NCBI GenBank assembly: GCA_013239625.1
Contig: MU056000.1
Span: 11,731,175 to 11,795,174 of the forward strand
DNA length: 64,000 bases
Direction of reading: 5' to 3'
Source of the DNA: Lama guanicoe
Lineage: Eukaryota
A program made the position numbers and the translations under genes. The notes beneath the pieces are model-generated. The model did no database searches and was not told the origin of the DNA. It saw only the letters and a program-made list of their open reading frames with translations. How positions within the stretch are numbered: position 1 is the stretch's first letter; each line of letters opens with the position of its first letter. Below are positions 27,801 through 40,800 of this stretch, piece after piece.

Positions 27801-29588
27801 GTTAACTAACAGAAAGATCATTCCCTACGCACTGTATATCAAACTATTTCATTTGTCAAAAAGTGCATATGTATAAAAATCTAAAGCTATATTCATTATA
27901 GTGCTTTTTGTGTTGGGAATATAATGTTTTAATTTTATTTTTATTTTAATTTTTTTACAATTTCTATTCACTGATATTGCAGTAGTAAAAATTCATTTTT
28001 AATTAAAAAAAGACAGAAGATAATTATATACTCAAAATCTTAAACAAATTAATATATTCCTCAAGTGATGAAAATGAAGAAAGACTTAAAATTGCATCTT
28101 TTAATTTTAGTAGAATTTTTATGATAAGAATATAAATAAGCCAATCTTATTTTAACATGTACTTTGTAGAATGAACTGAAACCAAGATGATTCCACAAAT
28201 AAATGTCTTCAATGGTTTTAGACTTTATTTCTAATTTTTGATGGTTTTTGGAACTGTCCTCGAGAGAATGAGAAATAGACTTTACAAACTTGTGACTTAT
28301 AAATCACATTTATTACTGCCCATAGGAAATTTCATGCTTAATGTATGCAATGAATTATGTGTGGCAATAAATGTGTGTCATTACAATATATATATATAGC
28401 TATTAACTCTGGATTTTACATTTTATTAAAGGAATTCGGTAATGCATTTCTAAGTGGTTGTCATTTAGCATATCTGAGACTAAATTTATACAAGGTAAGT
28501 GTTTCTGAGTAAAGTATATTATTTGCCTCAATTAGTTTTTGATTTTTTAAAATTTATTTCGATCTTACTGTAATAACTTTGAGACTATAAATGCAATACT
28601 TGCATAAGCACATTTGCTTGGGGTCAGGCACTTCATATAGAAATGTAGTAGAGAGTTAAAAGAAGTCCCCAGGTCAGATGATGACAACTTACTGTGCAAG
28701 TGCTAAGGGTACTTTCCCCACACCATGGAATAGTGGTTTCCACACCAGTGCAACGAATCTTCTTAGATAACACGTTAGACCTCTGTGGACGTCCATTTCC
28801 TCATTGAAATGAGCAAGTTTTGATGATCGAAAGGCTCACTTAGAGCTGATATGCTAAAGCTTACTAATTGTGTATCACTCATTCTTCTTTCATTTTCCTT
28901 TTTTTTTTTTGATGGATGAAAGAATAAACACTGCAATAACTGGGTAGCTGGCTCCTTGTCCCCCAGCCCCAAAGCTCTCATGTCATCTTCTATTTGTCCA
29001 AAGCCACCCTTCTCAACCCTGCCATCCTTCTGTCCTGAGAGGTCAGGTTCTGGTTTGCTCTTTTGCCAGCTCTCCAGGGCCCGCCTGGTCTCTCCATTTG
29101 CATCCCTACATGCACAACTGAAGAATGATTGTAAGTTTCCTCTCCGGCATCCTCTTCTGAAAAGTCTCTGTACCTGGTGAACTCAGGCTAAGGTCAGATA
29201 TGACGGCAAGGGCAATAGGTTGGGGTTGTAAATCCTGATTGTCAAACCTTAAATCTCATGCTGTTAAGTTTTACACAATGAGACCACCACACTAGGAATT
29301 CTTCAATTCTTCTCCCAATTGCCGTCTTCCAGCCTGTGCTCCATTTTCTATTTTGTTCCTTTGACAACTTAGCCCATGAGCAATCCATATCTGGTTATTT
29401 GACACTTGGAGCAGATAATTTTTAATGGCACTCTCCTCTATAAGTAAAAAATAATCATAATGGCCAGAATAGCAAAAGAGACAGTGAAAATTTTCTCTTA
29501 TAAAGCTTTGCATGTACCATCCTTCCAAAAGATTAAAATTATAAGAAGCAAAATAAAATTGCAGTAGAAAATAGGAAAAAGAAATTAC

Positions 29589-29965
29589 TGTTTGAGTTGA
29601 ATTGTGTCTCCTCAAAAGATATGGTTCCAGGGCCATCTTGGAAGATGTAATTAAGTGAAGCATCTCAAGATGAGATTAATCTGGATTAACTGGATGATCC
29701 CTAAATCCAATAATAAATGTCCTTACAAGAAGAAAGAAACACACAGACACAGGGGAGAAGACTATGAGAAGATGGAGGTGGACATTGGAAGGATTGCCAG
29801 CAGCCATAAGAATCCAAGAGAGGCATGGAACAGATCTGCTCTCAGAGCCCTGGAAAAGAATCGTCCCTGTCAACAACTTGATTTCAGATTTCTTGCCCCC
29901 AGAGCTGGGAGAAAATAAATGCCTGTTGTTTTAAGCCACCCAGTTTGTGGTAGGAAACTAATACA
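29589..29965 (+). mobile_element. MaLR solo LTR (MLT1C/B-like)
   Basis: tgtttgagttgaattgtgtc...ccctaaatccaat...aataaatgcctgttgttttaagccacccagtttgtggta...aactaataca. Confidence 0.8.
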
Positions 29966-30403
29966 GTCCTGAATTAGTACTTTTTATTATATAAAATACA
30001 TTCTTTGATAAAGGACAAAAGATCTGTGCCTACATATTGATCTATCACAGTCATGAATAATAGCATAACAGTTTCTATCTCCAAACCTTAATTTTGCAAA
30101 TTTTGTCAATGACTTCATCAATATCGATCTTCATGCATCCATATTCCAAACACAGCATAATCAGATCTGTCCATCTATTCTCAAACATAGTTAATTGAAT
30201 CACACTCTTTATTTATTTTCTTTTAGAAGGGTGTCTTTCACATTAAGCCACAGACTTATAAGTAGTTAGAAAAAGTCTTAAATGCAAGAATAAGCTTGGT
30301 AGAGATTCATTAAAATCCTATTTCACAATAAATTCCAGAAACCACAATGTTATCCGTGTCTTTGCTATCCTTTCTATCAGCTTTTAAATGTCTCCCCCTC
30401 ACC

Positions 30404-30405
30404 AA

Positions 30406-30468
<63 letters not shown>
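30404..30468. repeat. Perfect (TAAA)n microsatellite, about 16 units
   Basis: Uninterrupted aataaataaataa... run of 65 bp. Confidence 0.95.
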
Positions 30469-31039
30469 CAGAAGTAAAAACTCCAAGTGGTCACACAGGG
30501 AGGCAGAATTACAGTATCTCAAATTTCATCAGGGCTGTCACTGTTCACTTTGAATCTATTTACACACAAGAGCACGCAATACCAGAGGGGTAGAAGACAC
30601 CAACCTTACATCTGCAGAGAGCCCCAGCAATTCCTGAAGCTTTACTCCAAAAGGAATGTGAGACTCCGAGTTTTGTCTGTGGTGCAAGCTGACTGTATAA
30701 CTGAATTCTCCAATTTGGAGAATACATTTGTCGTTCAAGGGGAGAGAATGTAAGTGTGCTAATCTGAAGCACCTTTTAACAACGGTAAGCACAGCAAACG
30801 TTTAGCTCTTACACCAAGACCACATTTGGGGTGGGGAGGAGTAATAGATGATCACCGACGTGGGCTGGAGTTGGTGATGCGTGCTGATAATATAAAGCAG
30901 ACCAGCCTTTAGTCCAGTGCGATTACTGTTTACAAGTTCTCTGTGGGCAATGGACGCTCTGATTCCCTGCACCCGGAGTGGACCTCTCCCAATCCCCATC
31001 TTTGGCCATTGTCAGAAAGGGTAAGAAAAAGATGGACGC

Positions 31040-31349
31040 TGGATTCATTCCCTAGGGCTTGCTATAACGAAGTGTCACCAACTGGGTGGCTTCAAACAAC
31101 AGAAATTGCCTCCCTCCAATCTCTGCCTCTGTCCTCACATGGTGCTCTCCCCATGTGTCTGTGCTTGCGTCCAAGTTTTCCTCTTTTTACAAGGACAACG
31201 GTCATTTCAGATTAAGTCCCACTGTAGGACCTCATCTTAACTCAGTTCTATCTGCCAAGACCCTACTGCCAAATAAGGTCACGTTCCCAGGTTCCAGGGG
31301 TTAGGATTTCAACATATCTTTTGGAGGGGACACAATTCAACACACAACA
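31040..31349 (-). mobile_element. MaLR LTR (MLT1B/C-like), internally deleted
   Basis: cctagggcttgctataac...aactgggtggcttcaaacaacagaaatt...ccaaataaggtcac...gggacacaattcaacacacaaca. Confidence 0.8.
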
Positions 31350-32669
31350 GAAGTTGACACTTTCTCAGTGCTTACTAACTGTGAAGCAGTTTGCTTTCTG
31401 TTTGGTGGAGAGATCACCTGGGGTAGCTCCTTTCTGATCCTGCAGATGATTCATTGAGATGATAACAGTTCCTTTTTAGTGGCAATATACTCACGGGTGT
31501 ATATCCTTTTTTATACCTATGTAAGAAAGATGTTTAAAAAAAAAAGAAACCTTGAATTTGATTTCTTTAAGCCATTTAAAAAAGAGTCATGAAATTTTGT
31601 CTCATTCATTAACATATATCCTTTTTCCTGAAGGTTCTTCTTTTTATTCCTATGTTACTGAAAATGCTTCTAAATCGCTTCCAACACTTTGCTTTATGCC
31701 AGTGTTCTGATTTTTTACCACATATATTTATCATTTTCCCTCTAAACTTTGATTTTTTGGATAATTTCTAGTCTTTTAAAAGTGACCAATAATTCATTTT
31801 TTAACTTAATCAAACTTTCTCATATATTTTAACTTCTCCATAAAGCCTTAGGTAATTAAAATAATTTTTTTTTGTCTAGCTTGTCAAAAGTTTGGGAGGC
31901 CATTTGGCCTAAGTTATGACATTTTGTAAAACCCTTCCCTTCCTTCATATATAAATTTGTTATCCTTTTATACCTTGCTTCTCAATGTTCTTAAAGCCTC
32001 TGAACATCCTTATCTCTTTTCCCTCTTCCTCCTATTTTTTAATATAGAAAACTTGTCCATACTGTGTTGGATTCAGTATTGTATAGATACTTATGTCCCT
32101 CAATTTTTCTTACTATTTCATCATTTTAATCCCTATGTCCTTAACACTAAGAACTGGAGGGTCCCCCAGCCAGAGAGAAGGCAGTCCATTCCGAGCATGG
32201 CTGTCTGCCAAGAAACCCCTGACTTCATCACATGATAAAAATAATATTACTGTCAGTTTATGGATATGTAATTTATACGCTGAATACTGCCTTAAATGTT
32301 TGAGGAAGCTTATAGAGAAATCAGATATTCAGTAATCATACTTACCGAGACAAAAAAAAACCTTTTGAGAAGTTTATCATGTGGATTTTTACTTGAATGA
32401 TTTCAGATGTTTGCTTAGATAACAATTTTAAAGAAGATGAAGTATTTTTCATGCCTGTACTTATGGTTCAACCCCACCCTCACCCCCCAGTTGAAATGAA
32501 CATATAAAACTGTAATTAATTGAAGGCCTTTCTAGCTGGAACAATCAGATTTAACTCAGAGATGAAGCTTTTTCATGATCTAACATGGTGCAGGGTCTGA
32601 GAATAAGAACCCAGGAATCTAGGTGGCCCCTGTTTGGACTTCTGGAGAATTGAGGGCACTGAGAGTAAA

Positions 32670-33106
32670 GATCAGTGTCCCAGCAGGAAACAGAACTCAT
32701 CCTGGTTGAGTCAAATGCAAGGCTCTCATGAAGGGACTTCTCGCAGAGTTACAGGAAGGGTTGAGAGAGGGGCAGGAGCAGGAAGTCTTCTCAGTCCTAA
32801 GACTGGAGGGCGAGGGTAGGAATGAGTGTTGCAGGAGCCCAGCAAGAATTGGAACCTTGAAGGAAGGACCATGCTGTGATCATGGAGGGAGTCAGGCACT
32901 GAGAGGGGCTCCTGGGGAATGGACGCACTGCTCTCTCTCTCCTTCCACCATCTGCGTCTCTGCCAGTGCTTCTTCTTGGCCAAACCCAACTGGAAGGGCA
33001 AAGGAGCCCTGGGGATGTAGTCCATAGGGACCAGTCTCCCAGAAAAAGCAGGACAGAGGAGGTTAGAGGACACATCTGAGGGGACAAATGGAGATAGCCA
33101 GCTGAC
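32670..33106 (-). mobile_element. ERVL LTR (LTR33-like)
   Basis: tcccagcaggaaacaga...ttggccaaacccaactggaag...gatgtagtccata...atctgaggggacaaatggagatagccagc. Confidence 0.65.
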
Positions 33107-35769
33107 ACTGAACCAGCTGGTTAGCAGGAGCCCTAAACTGGCTTCCACTTGTTAGTCTGTGGACTGGCACCACCTTGGATCTCCTAGCCATGGCAATGGA
33201 AGCTGAATACATTAAAATTTTGAACCAAGTTTAATTTCACACTGTGAAATTCACATTATTTAAAATTACTGAAAAACAGAAACCAAGAGTGAATAAAATA
33301 CACATAAGGACTTGACCCACATCGGAGTCACTTTCAGAGGTCTCTGGGTTGGGGTGTGTATTTTTTTTAACTTAACTGGTGTCATCACTGACGGTTGTCT
33401 GATGGAAATGTACTTCTGATTACATATTCCACCTCTGAAAACCATGTGAACACTATCAGGCAGTTTTCAAAGTGGATTATCTTATTTTTATCTAACCAGA
33501 TCCTCACAAAATGGGTGGGAGGTCAGTAAAACAAGTAAGCAGAGGAATAGAAGCCTCTGGTAGGAGGTCAACCCTTCAAATGCCTGGCTGTGCACACTGT
33601 GCCCAAATCCCTGAAAGGAGGGGGAAGTCGCTCAAGGTCATACAGTTAGCAATAGACAAAACCAAAATTAGCAACCAAGTCAACCTACGCCCAGGCTCTT
33701 CCCATTACACTACACCCATTTTAAAGAGAATTACATCGGCTCAGTGATGCCATTCATCATATCAAAATCGACATAGGAAGAGATGGAGCCCAGAGCAGAA
33801 GCCTTACTTACCTAGTGCCACTTAGCGCACTGCATCCAGAAAAAAGGGCCACCAGGAAAGGCATGGGCTGGATATGCAGGAAGAGGGCAGCCAGCCCAGA
33901 AGACTAGCCAGGAGGCTCTAAATGGGAGGGGCCCCTCTCTCCCTAATTACTGACCACATTGACCTCGGGTACTACAGGCAATGTGGCCAGTAGAGTTACC
34001 TTTGGCCTCAGGCACAGTGGGACCTTTTCCAGAATTCCCTCTTTTGGGGAAGGCTACCGAGTTCACTCCAAGGTCATGGTCCCAAGGGAAATCAAACAGG
34101 CGATGGAGAAATTATGTCCCCCGTTTATGCTGCTGAAGTGAACTGTGAGCTAAGATGACACCGTGATGTCCAAAATGAAAAAAAGAAAAGAACAGGATTT
34201 TACATGCTAATGAAAAGATAGCATAAAGGCATGTAAAACTAGGAAGAGAAAATAACGTTACCATGAAGACCTAGAAGTGAATAAAAACCAGAGGCCCTGA
34301 AGAATGCTTGCCATAGTGTAAATATCATGTCCTTTCACACAACTGTCAACTTCAAAACAGATGGCTATTGGAAGGCCAGTGTGGTAAACAACTGTATTTT
34401 CTGCTGGGGCCATTTGTCACTGTGTGTCCGAGACCTGATTAGGCTGACACCACAAGCAAATACATGGTACATTGGAGGGTGCTTTAAAATAAGACTATAT
34501 TATATGTTATTTCAAATAGATGGTCTCTGCTTTCAGTATATGTTTATTCAAATTCTATGTGATCGGTGAAGAAACTCTGGATTGCTACTTTAAACAAAGA
34601 AGAACTATTACCAAACACATCAGTGAGGATCTAGTTCCACTTTTCTTCCCAATGGTAATCAATATTTTTAAGCCAAGGGCCTCTTCATTTTTTTTACAGT
34701 CCCTAGTGCCTCATAGGAAGAGGAAATACAGCTGAATTTTACAAATATATCAATTTCACACATACTGCATTTTTGTAAATGGAATTTATCTAGAAATCAC
34801 CTAGTAGTCACAGAATAAAAGTGGAATGAAAGAGCTAGGAGATCTGAATGGTTTTCTATCACAGTAGAACTGGACGTGGGGGTTAAACAGGACATATGTT
34901 AATTAGGAAATTGCAAGAGAGCCTTGGAGGTTGGAGGGGCAACTTTTGACCCCTCGGTGAGCTAAGGAGGCACATGGCAGCAGCCGGAGGGAAAGTGAAG
35001 CTGACTGTTTGCACATGCAATCAAAGGAAAGCACACGCCTAGAACACTCATTTTCATCAGTGGGTCCCCATGTGCCATGTGCGTATGTGTAGACAATTTA
35101 TTACTATCATCACTATATATAACTTCAGCCCGCCTGAGCCAGGAAAGAACAGCTGTCTCCCGAAACAATGTGCCTCTGAGGAGTCTCTAAGCACGTCTAG
35201 GAGCAAGGCAAGGCAATCAAGCCTGATTAACAGGATAACGTTCAACAGCAGTGGAGGCCAAGGGGTGGGGGGAGATGAGGGGGTACCTTCCCACCTAAAA
35301 TCAGGCTGGCGTCATTCATGGGGATTACAGAGCTCTGTAATCACACTGGTAGCTGTTTACTGTCATGATTACTTATTCTAATGAGGAAATTAAAAAGTTC
35401 TCTGTTATAGCACTTTTCTGGTTGTGCAGCAGTAAATCATGTCACGTGCCTAATACACAGAGTATGAGGCTGGCTCTCAGGCATTTGTCTAACGTACAAA
35501 CACAGCAGGCATTAAAACTCGGATTATCGGTGTCCTCTGGAAAGGCATCGCCCAGGGAGGTTATAGATTTATTCCAGTGAGGCCCTCCAGAACTTCTGAA
35601 CTCCTCTTTGGGGAAGTTTATCAGTCTTTCAAGAGTTCATCTCTCTCTCACACATACACAAACACACAAACACACACACACACACACGTGCATATGAAAG
35701 CCGCCTGATTAGAATATGGTGATCCTGGAATCTGGTGAGGGGATTATTTTTTTCCAAATGTATATTATC

Positions 35770-36226
35770 CAAGTTTGCCCATCATCACCCAATAGTAGTT
35801 GACCCCTTTTTCTGTAGTAATAACTCCCCTGATATTTAGCTGGTACATAATAGATGACCACAGAGCATTAAGGACAAACATGTCTGCTGCCCGCACAGCC
35901 AGGTAGGCACAGTCAGGTGACCAGGTTCTGGCCAACGGGGTATTAGTGGAGACAAGACGCAACCTCTAAGTTAACGGTTTAAAGGCAAGGGGTGGGCTCT
36001 GCCTCTCCCCCAGCAATTTGCTTGCTGAATGATGCAATCTTGAAACAACCAAAGGGTGTTGTAGGGATGACAGATCAATGAAACAGAAGGTGCCTGGGCC
36101 TGAGGACTCTGCAGAGCTGAACCATGACACCAGCCCAGACTCAGGTGAGAGAAAAATAAACTGTCTTGTCTAAGATGTGGTTATTTTGGCTCTGAGTCAC
36201 TGAAGGACAAATGGAATTCCTAACTG
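35770..36226 (+). mobile_element. MaLR LTR (MLT1J-like)
   Basis: gtgaccaggttctggccaacggg...gtgagagaaaaataaactgtcttgtctaag...aattcctaactga. Confidence 0.6.
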
Positions 36227-36435
36227 AGTTTTGTTAAAAACAAAAATCTGAATCTATCCTCACAGTAAAACAACCTGCCACTGTGATCACAAGTATCCAA
36301 AGGTGCAGCAATTCTCAAAGAGACGCGGCAGGAAACAGCTCAGCCTTGAATTACGTTCCCTGGCTTCCGTGGGAGAACAGCGATCATGTGGAAAGGTCCA
36401 TGTCAGAGTGTGTTTAAAAAGAATCAGTTGCGTTC

Positions 36436-36628
36436 CTTTTTATATTGAAGTATAGCTGATTTACAATATAGTGCTAGTTTCAGGTATACAGCAAAGTGAT
36501 TCAGTTATGTTTTTATTCAGATTATATTCCATTATAGGTTATTACGAGATATTGAATATAGCTCCCTGTGCTACGCAGTAAATCCTTGTTGCTTATCTAT
36601 TTTATGTATAGCTGTTTGTATCTATTGA
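36436..36628 (-). mobile_element. Short L1 3' end
   Basis: attgaagtatagctgatttacaat...ccctgtgctacgcagtaaatccttgttg. Confidence 0.8.
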
Positions 36629-38299
36629 TTACTTTTTAGCTATATAAGTATTATTATATAATTGTATAAGTACACCTCTGAGCAGGAAGGGGACTGCAAA
36701 CACGTCCAGATCAGGCTTTTAGGACCCAGTGGAGACCACTCAGAGGCCACGCAGAGACGGCTGCAGAATTCTGGGCAGGAGGGATGTTTAAACATCGAGA
36801 AGGGTCTGAGGCCCTCTTTTTCCTACTCCTTCTCCTCAGTCAATACGGAAGCTCCTTTCTTCTTCCTGGGCTGCATGGACATTGACGGCCATCCTCTGGG
36901 AGTGAGGACCGCGGCAAACAGCATCACAGCGAGAGGAGTTTGGTGAGGTTTGCTTGTTTACATTTTTATTTGTTTTTGTTTGCTTATTTATTTGGAGGTG
37001 TCAAGAAAATTCAGTCTAAGTCCTGAATGTTTTTTTGTCATGGTTGTTTGTACTTTGCAGTGTGGAAACTTTCAAACACAAGCGAAAGCAGAGAAAATAG
37101 CATGTTTTCAGTGATAGCACTTTTGTTTCATCCATAATCACCACCACCATCCCACCCCTGGATTACTATAAAGCAAATTTTCGGCAATCATATAACTTCA
37201 TGCAGAAATACTTCTGTCTAATATAAAAGCTAGACAGTGAGTTTTAGCTTACGATGAGGAGCCCGTTTCTCCTGTTCTTTGCAAAAAGTACCGTTTCGAT
37301 TCAAGAGGACAAGTACTCATCAAGAGGACAAATGTTTAATGTATGTCTCTCCCTTGCCCTCTTTTTTCTGCCTCAGAATAAATTCAAGCATGATAAATTT
37401 CTTAACTCTCCTCCTGTCGACCCTAGAAAGTCTACCAGTTGCTCAAATGGAATTAGGAAGGAGTAGTGTTATATCAGTTTCTTTGAAAATATAAGGAGTT
37501 CTCTTTCATACTTGGTTAAAAAAAAAAAGATAAATTCTCACACTAGAAGTCCAACATTTCACTTTAGCCAGGGTAGGTCAGTATAACACCATTACCCAGA
37601 CCCCTCCCCTTCACATGTGCATATAGGTCCCAGCATGAGTCTCCAAGTTTATTCCCTGTCCGTTAGTCCTTCTGGCACATAGTCTTCAAGGTCAAGGCTC
37701 TTAAATGTCATGCTCACCATGTCACTGCTCTCCCTCAAGAACCCATCTGGCTCCCTATTACTTAATAATCTTCTACCTGACTGCTTTTATGAAAGAATCT
37801 CCACCACTCGTGATTCTGTTCTTACCCATTCATGTCTCTGCCTCCCCTTTCCAACCAGGTCAAGTTCTTAAATGCAGTAGTTACAATGTCTGCCCTTCCT
37901 TTGTCATTTTTCCCCTGTGATTCAATTTTTTCCCTTTGGGTACAGATTTTCTTGCTTGGATGTCATTGTATCCATTTGGGTGCAATGTTTCCCTTTTGGA
38001 TGAGATCAGATAGCAAGGCAAAAAAAAGTCACCCTAGTTATTTTTTTATACAGAATAATACAGGTCATTTGTTCTTTGGGGTACCAAAACATGGCTACTG
38101 TCAAATTAAAAGCACCAATGAGTGGAATTCAGATTTTTTAATTGGATTGAAGCAAAGAGTAATGCCTACTTTACTTGCTAACCTTATTGTAGCAAGTATT
38201 TGCCTTATAGAATTAAGAGTTTTGTGAAACATGATTTGACATAAAGAAAGTGACACTGCACAGTGATAACGGAGTGTTATGTGAAAATGAGTCTTAGAC

Positions 38300-38795
38300 T
38301 TATTCATTCACTCAGTAAATTCTTATTGAAATCTATTATGTTCCAAGCACTGAGGCCTCATTCTAGGTCCTAAGGATGTATTAGCAAACAAAATAGACTA
38401 AGTCCATATTGTCATGTAACTAAAACTCTAGAGGATGATACCGAACATGAACAATTAAGCAAAGAAGTACATAATGTAATTTCAGGTGACAGTGATTGCT
38501 ATGAATCAAAATCATCCAAGATTAAGAGAAAGAGATCAATGCATGAGGTGACTCTTCTATCTAAGGTGTTCAAGAAGGTGATGTTGGAGGAGAGACCTGA
38601 AAAATTCTGTAAGAACAAGCTCTTTAAAGCCTTTTTAGAAGAGTGTTCCCATGGAGGGAGTAAAAAGTACAAATCCCTGGGTGAGAATGTAGCGATCAAC
38701 AGGAAAGCCAGTGCAGGTGGACTGGAATAAGCAGAGAAGAAAACTGGTAGGTGCTCACTGAGACGGGCACAGGCCAGATCACGTAGGGCTTTATA
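38300..38795 (-). mobile_element. L2a-like 3' end
   Basis: ttattcattcactcagtaaattcttattgaa (reverse-complemented L2 tail) ... ggccagatcacgtagggcttt. Confidence 0.75.
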
Positions 38796-39451
38796 TTCCT
38801 CAAAAGACTAAAAACAGACTTACCATATGACCCAGCAATCCCACTTCTGAGTATATATCCAGAAGGAATCCTAATTCAGAAAGACACCTGCACCCCAATG
38901 GTCATAGAAGCACTATTTACAATAGCCAAGACATGAAAACAACCTAAATGTCCATCGACAAATGACTGAAAAAAGAAGCTGTGATATATTTATATAGTGG
39001 AATATTACACAGCCATAAAAATGACAATATAATGCTATTTGTAGCAACATGGATGTCCCTGGAGAATGTCATTCTAAGTGCAGTAAGCCAGAAAGAGAAA
39101 GAAAATTACCATTCAATATCACTTGTATGTGGAATCAAAAAAAAAAGACAAATGAACTTATATATAAAATAGAAACAGATTCACAGACATAGAATACAGA
39201 CTTGTGCTTGCCAGGGAAGAGAGGGGTGGGAAGGGATAAACTGGGAGTTCAAGATTTGCAGATACTGACTGGCATATATAAAATAGATAAACAAGTTTAT
39301 ACTGTATAGCACAGGGAAATATATTCAACATCTTGTAGTAGCTCATGGTGAAAAAGAATATGAAAATGAATATATGTCTATTCATGTATGACTAAAGAAT
39401 TGAGCTGTACACCAGAAATTGACATAACATTGTAAACTGACTATAACTCAA
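38796..39451 (+). mobile_element. Young L1 3' end (~650 bp) without TSD
   Basis: ttcctcaaaagactaaaaacagacttaccatatgacccagcaatccc ... aaactgactataactcaa. Confidence 0.9.
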
Positions 39452-39458
39452 GAAAGAG

Positions 39459-39945
39459 GAAAATGCACAACCTAAAAGTTAGAATTACATTTTATTCAGC
39501 AGACTTTCTGAGGGCTTCAAGCCTGGGAGATAGCTCTGAAGGACTGCTCTGAAGAAGTAAGGAAGGAGCCAGGATATATAGGATTTTTGTGACAAAGACC
39601 AGGTATCTGGAACATCAAAAGATTAGTGTTAATTAAAAAACCAGACATCTCAAGTTAATGAATTTAACGTTTTTCTATATATGGGAAGATGCAAGAGTCT
39701 GGGCTCATGAAATCACTCCTTTGATATGCACTTAGCTGTCTAGGGCCAGTCTCCTGTTCTTTCCAGTCCTGAGTCCTCTCTGGGTGCAGGACTGGGAGTG
39801 GCTGTGGCGGCTGAGGGCTTGGCAGCAGGCAGCCTATTTGTCTCCATCCTGAGTTCCCTCAGGGCTCACCGTCCGGGCAGTGGTAGTGTCTTGATGGCTG
39901 CAGCCTCCTTTGTTTGCTGATGTGGCAGGCAACACTTTTCATCTA
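39459..39945 (-). mobile_element. ERV1 solo LTR, MER41-like (artiodactyl type)
   Basis: aaaatgcacaacctaaaagtt...atgggaagatgcaagagtctgggctca...cctttgatatgcac...tctagggccagt. Confidence 0.65.
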
Positions 39946-40195
39946 TTGCTGCATGTGTAAAATACACATGAAGTTTCAGATACTTGGTATGAAAAAAATG
40001 TAAAAAATATCATTAATATTTATGTTCATCATTTGTTGAAATGATAATGTTTGGGATACACTGGGTCAAATAAAATATGCCACTAAAATTAATTTCACTT
40101 GTTTCTTTTCACATTTTTAATGTGGCTACTTTAATATTTAAAATTGCACATAAGGCTTGCAGCTGTGACTCATATTTTATTTCCAGCAGACTACA
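39946..40195 (-). mobile_element. MER33-like hAT-Charlie element, one end missing
   Basis: gtgtaaaatacaca...tgttgaaatgataat...taaaattaatttcacttgtttcttt...tttttaatgtggctact. Confidence 0.75.
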
Positions 40196-40566
40196 TTGTT
40201 CTCAAGGAGTGGCTGTGGTGGGGTTGGGGAAAAGATCTCTGGAAGTAAGGTGAAAGTAGTGAGAGGCCAAGGGTTGGATAGATCACGTAAAGGAACGCCA
40301 AGATCACTAGGAACAGTGTTGGTAAAAAAGACTATGAACCAGGGAATAAAAACCTCAGTGAATGAGGGTGTGGTCAGGATGCTGATCAGTAAGTACAACC
40401 TGGAAAATTATCAAGTGATGGAGTCTGATGAGGGCCTTAGAGATTTTTGAGGGAGAAGAGACATTGTCTTGAAGTGGCAGTGAGGAGTGGAAAGTCTTCT
40501 ACCTTACCTCCAGGCCATGTGGTGCATACATGGTATGTATCTCTTTTTTTTCAAAGCACCATATGA

Positions 40567-40800
40567 GGAGGAGGGTATAGCTCAGCGGTAGGGTGCCCAC
40601 TTAGCATGCACAAGGTCTGGGTTCAATTCCCAGTTCCTCCACTAAAAACATAAGTAAATCAATAAATATACCTAATTACCTTCCCCTTCAAAAAATAAAT
40701 AAAATAAAATAAAGTAAATATATCTATTTTTAAAACTGTTTTTAAAAAGTAAGCATGCAAACTAACAAAAAATAAAGTTGAAAACAAAACAAAAATTTTT
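40567..40800 (+). mobile_element. tRNA-derived SINE (camelid vic-1-like)
   Basis: gagggtatagctcagcggta (A box), gggttcaattccc (B box), cctaattacc linker, A-rich tail. Imperfect TSD aaagcaccatatga (40553-40566) / aaaacaccgcatga (40801-40814). Confidence 0.85.

Noticed and set aside
40567..40642. tRNA gene
   Set aside because: The tRNA-like head continues into a SINE linker and A-rich tail with a TSD and lacks a clean cloverleaf; it is a SINE.
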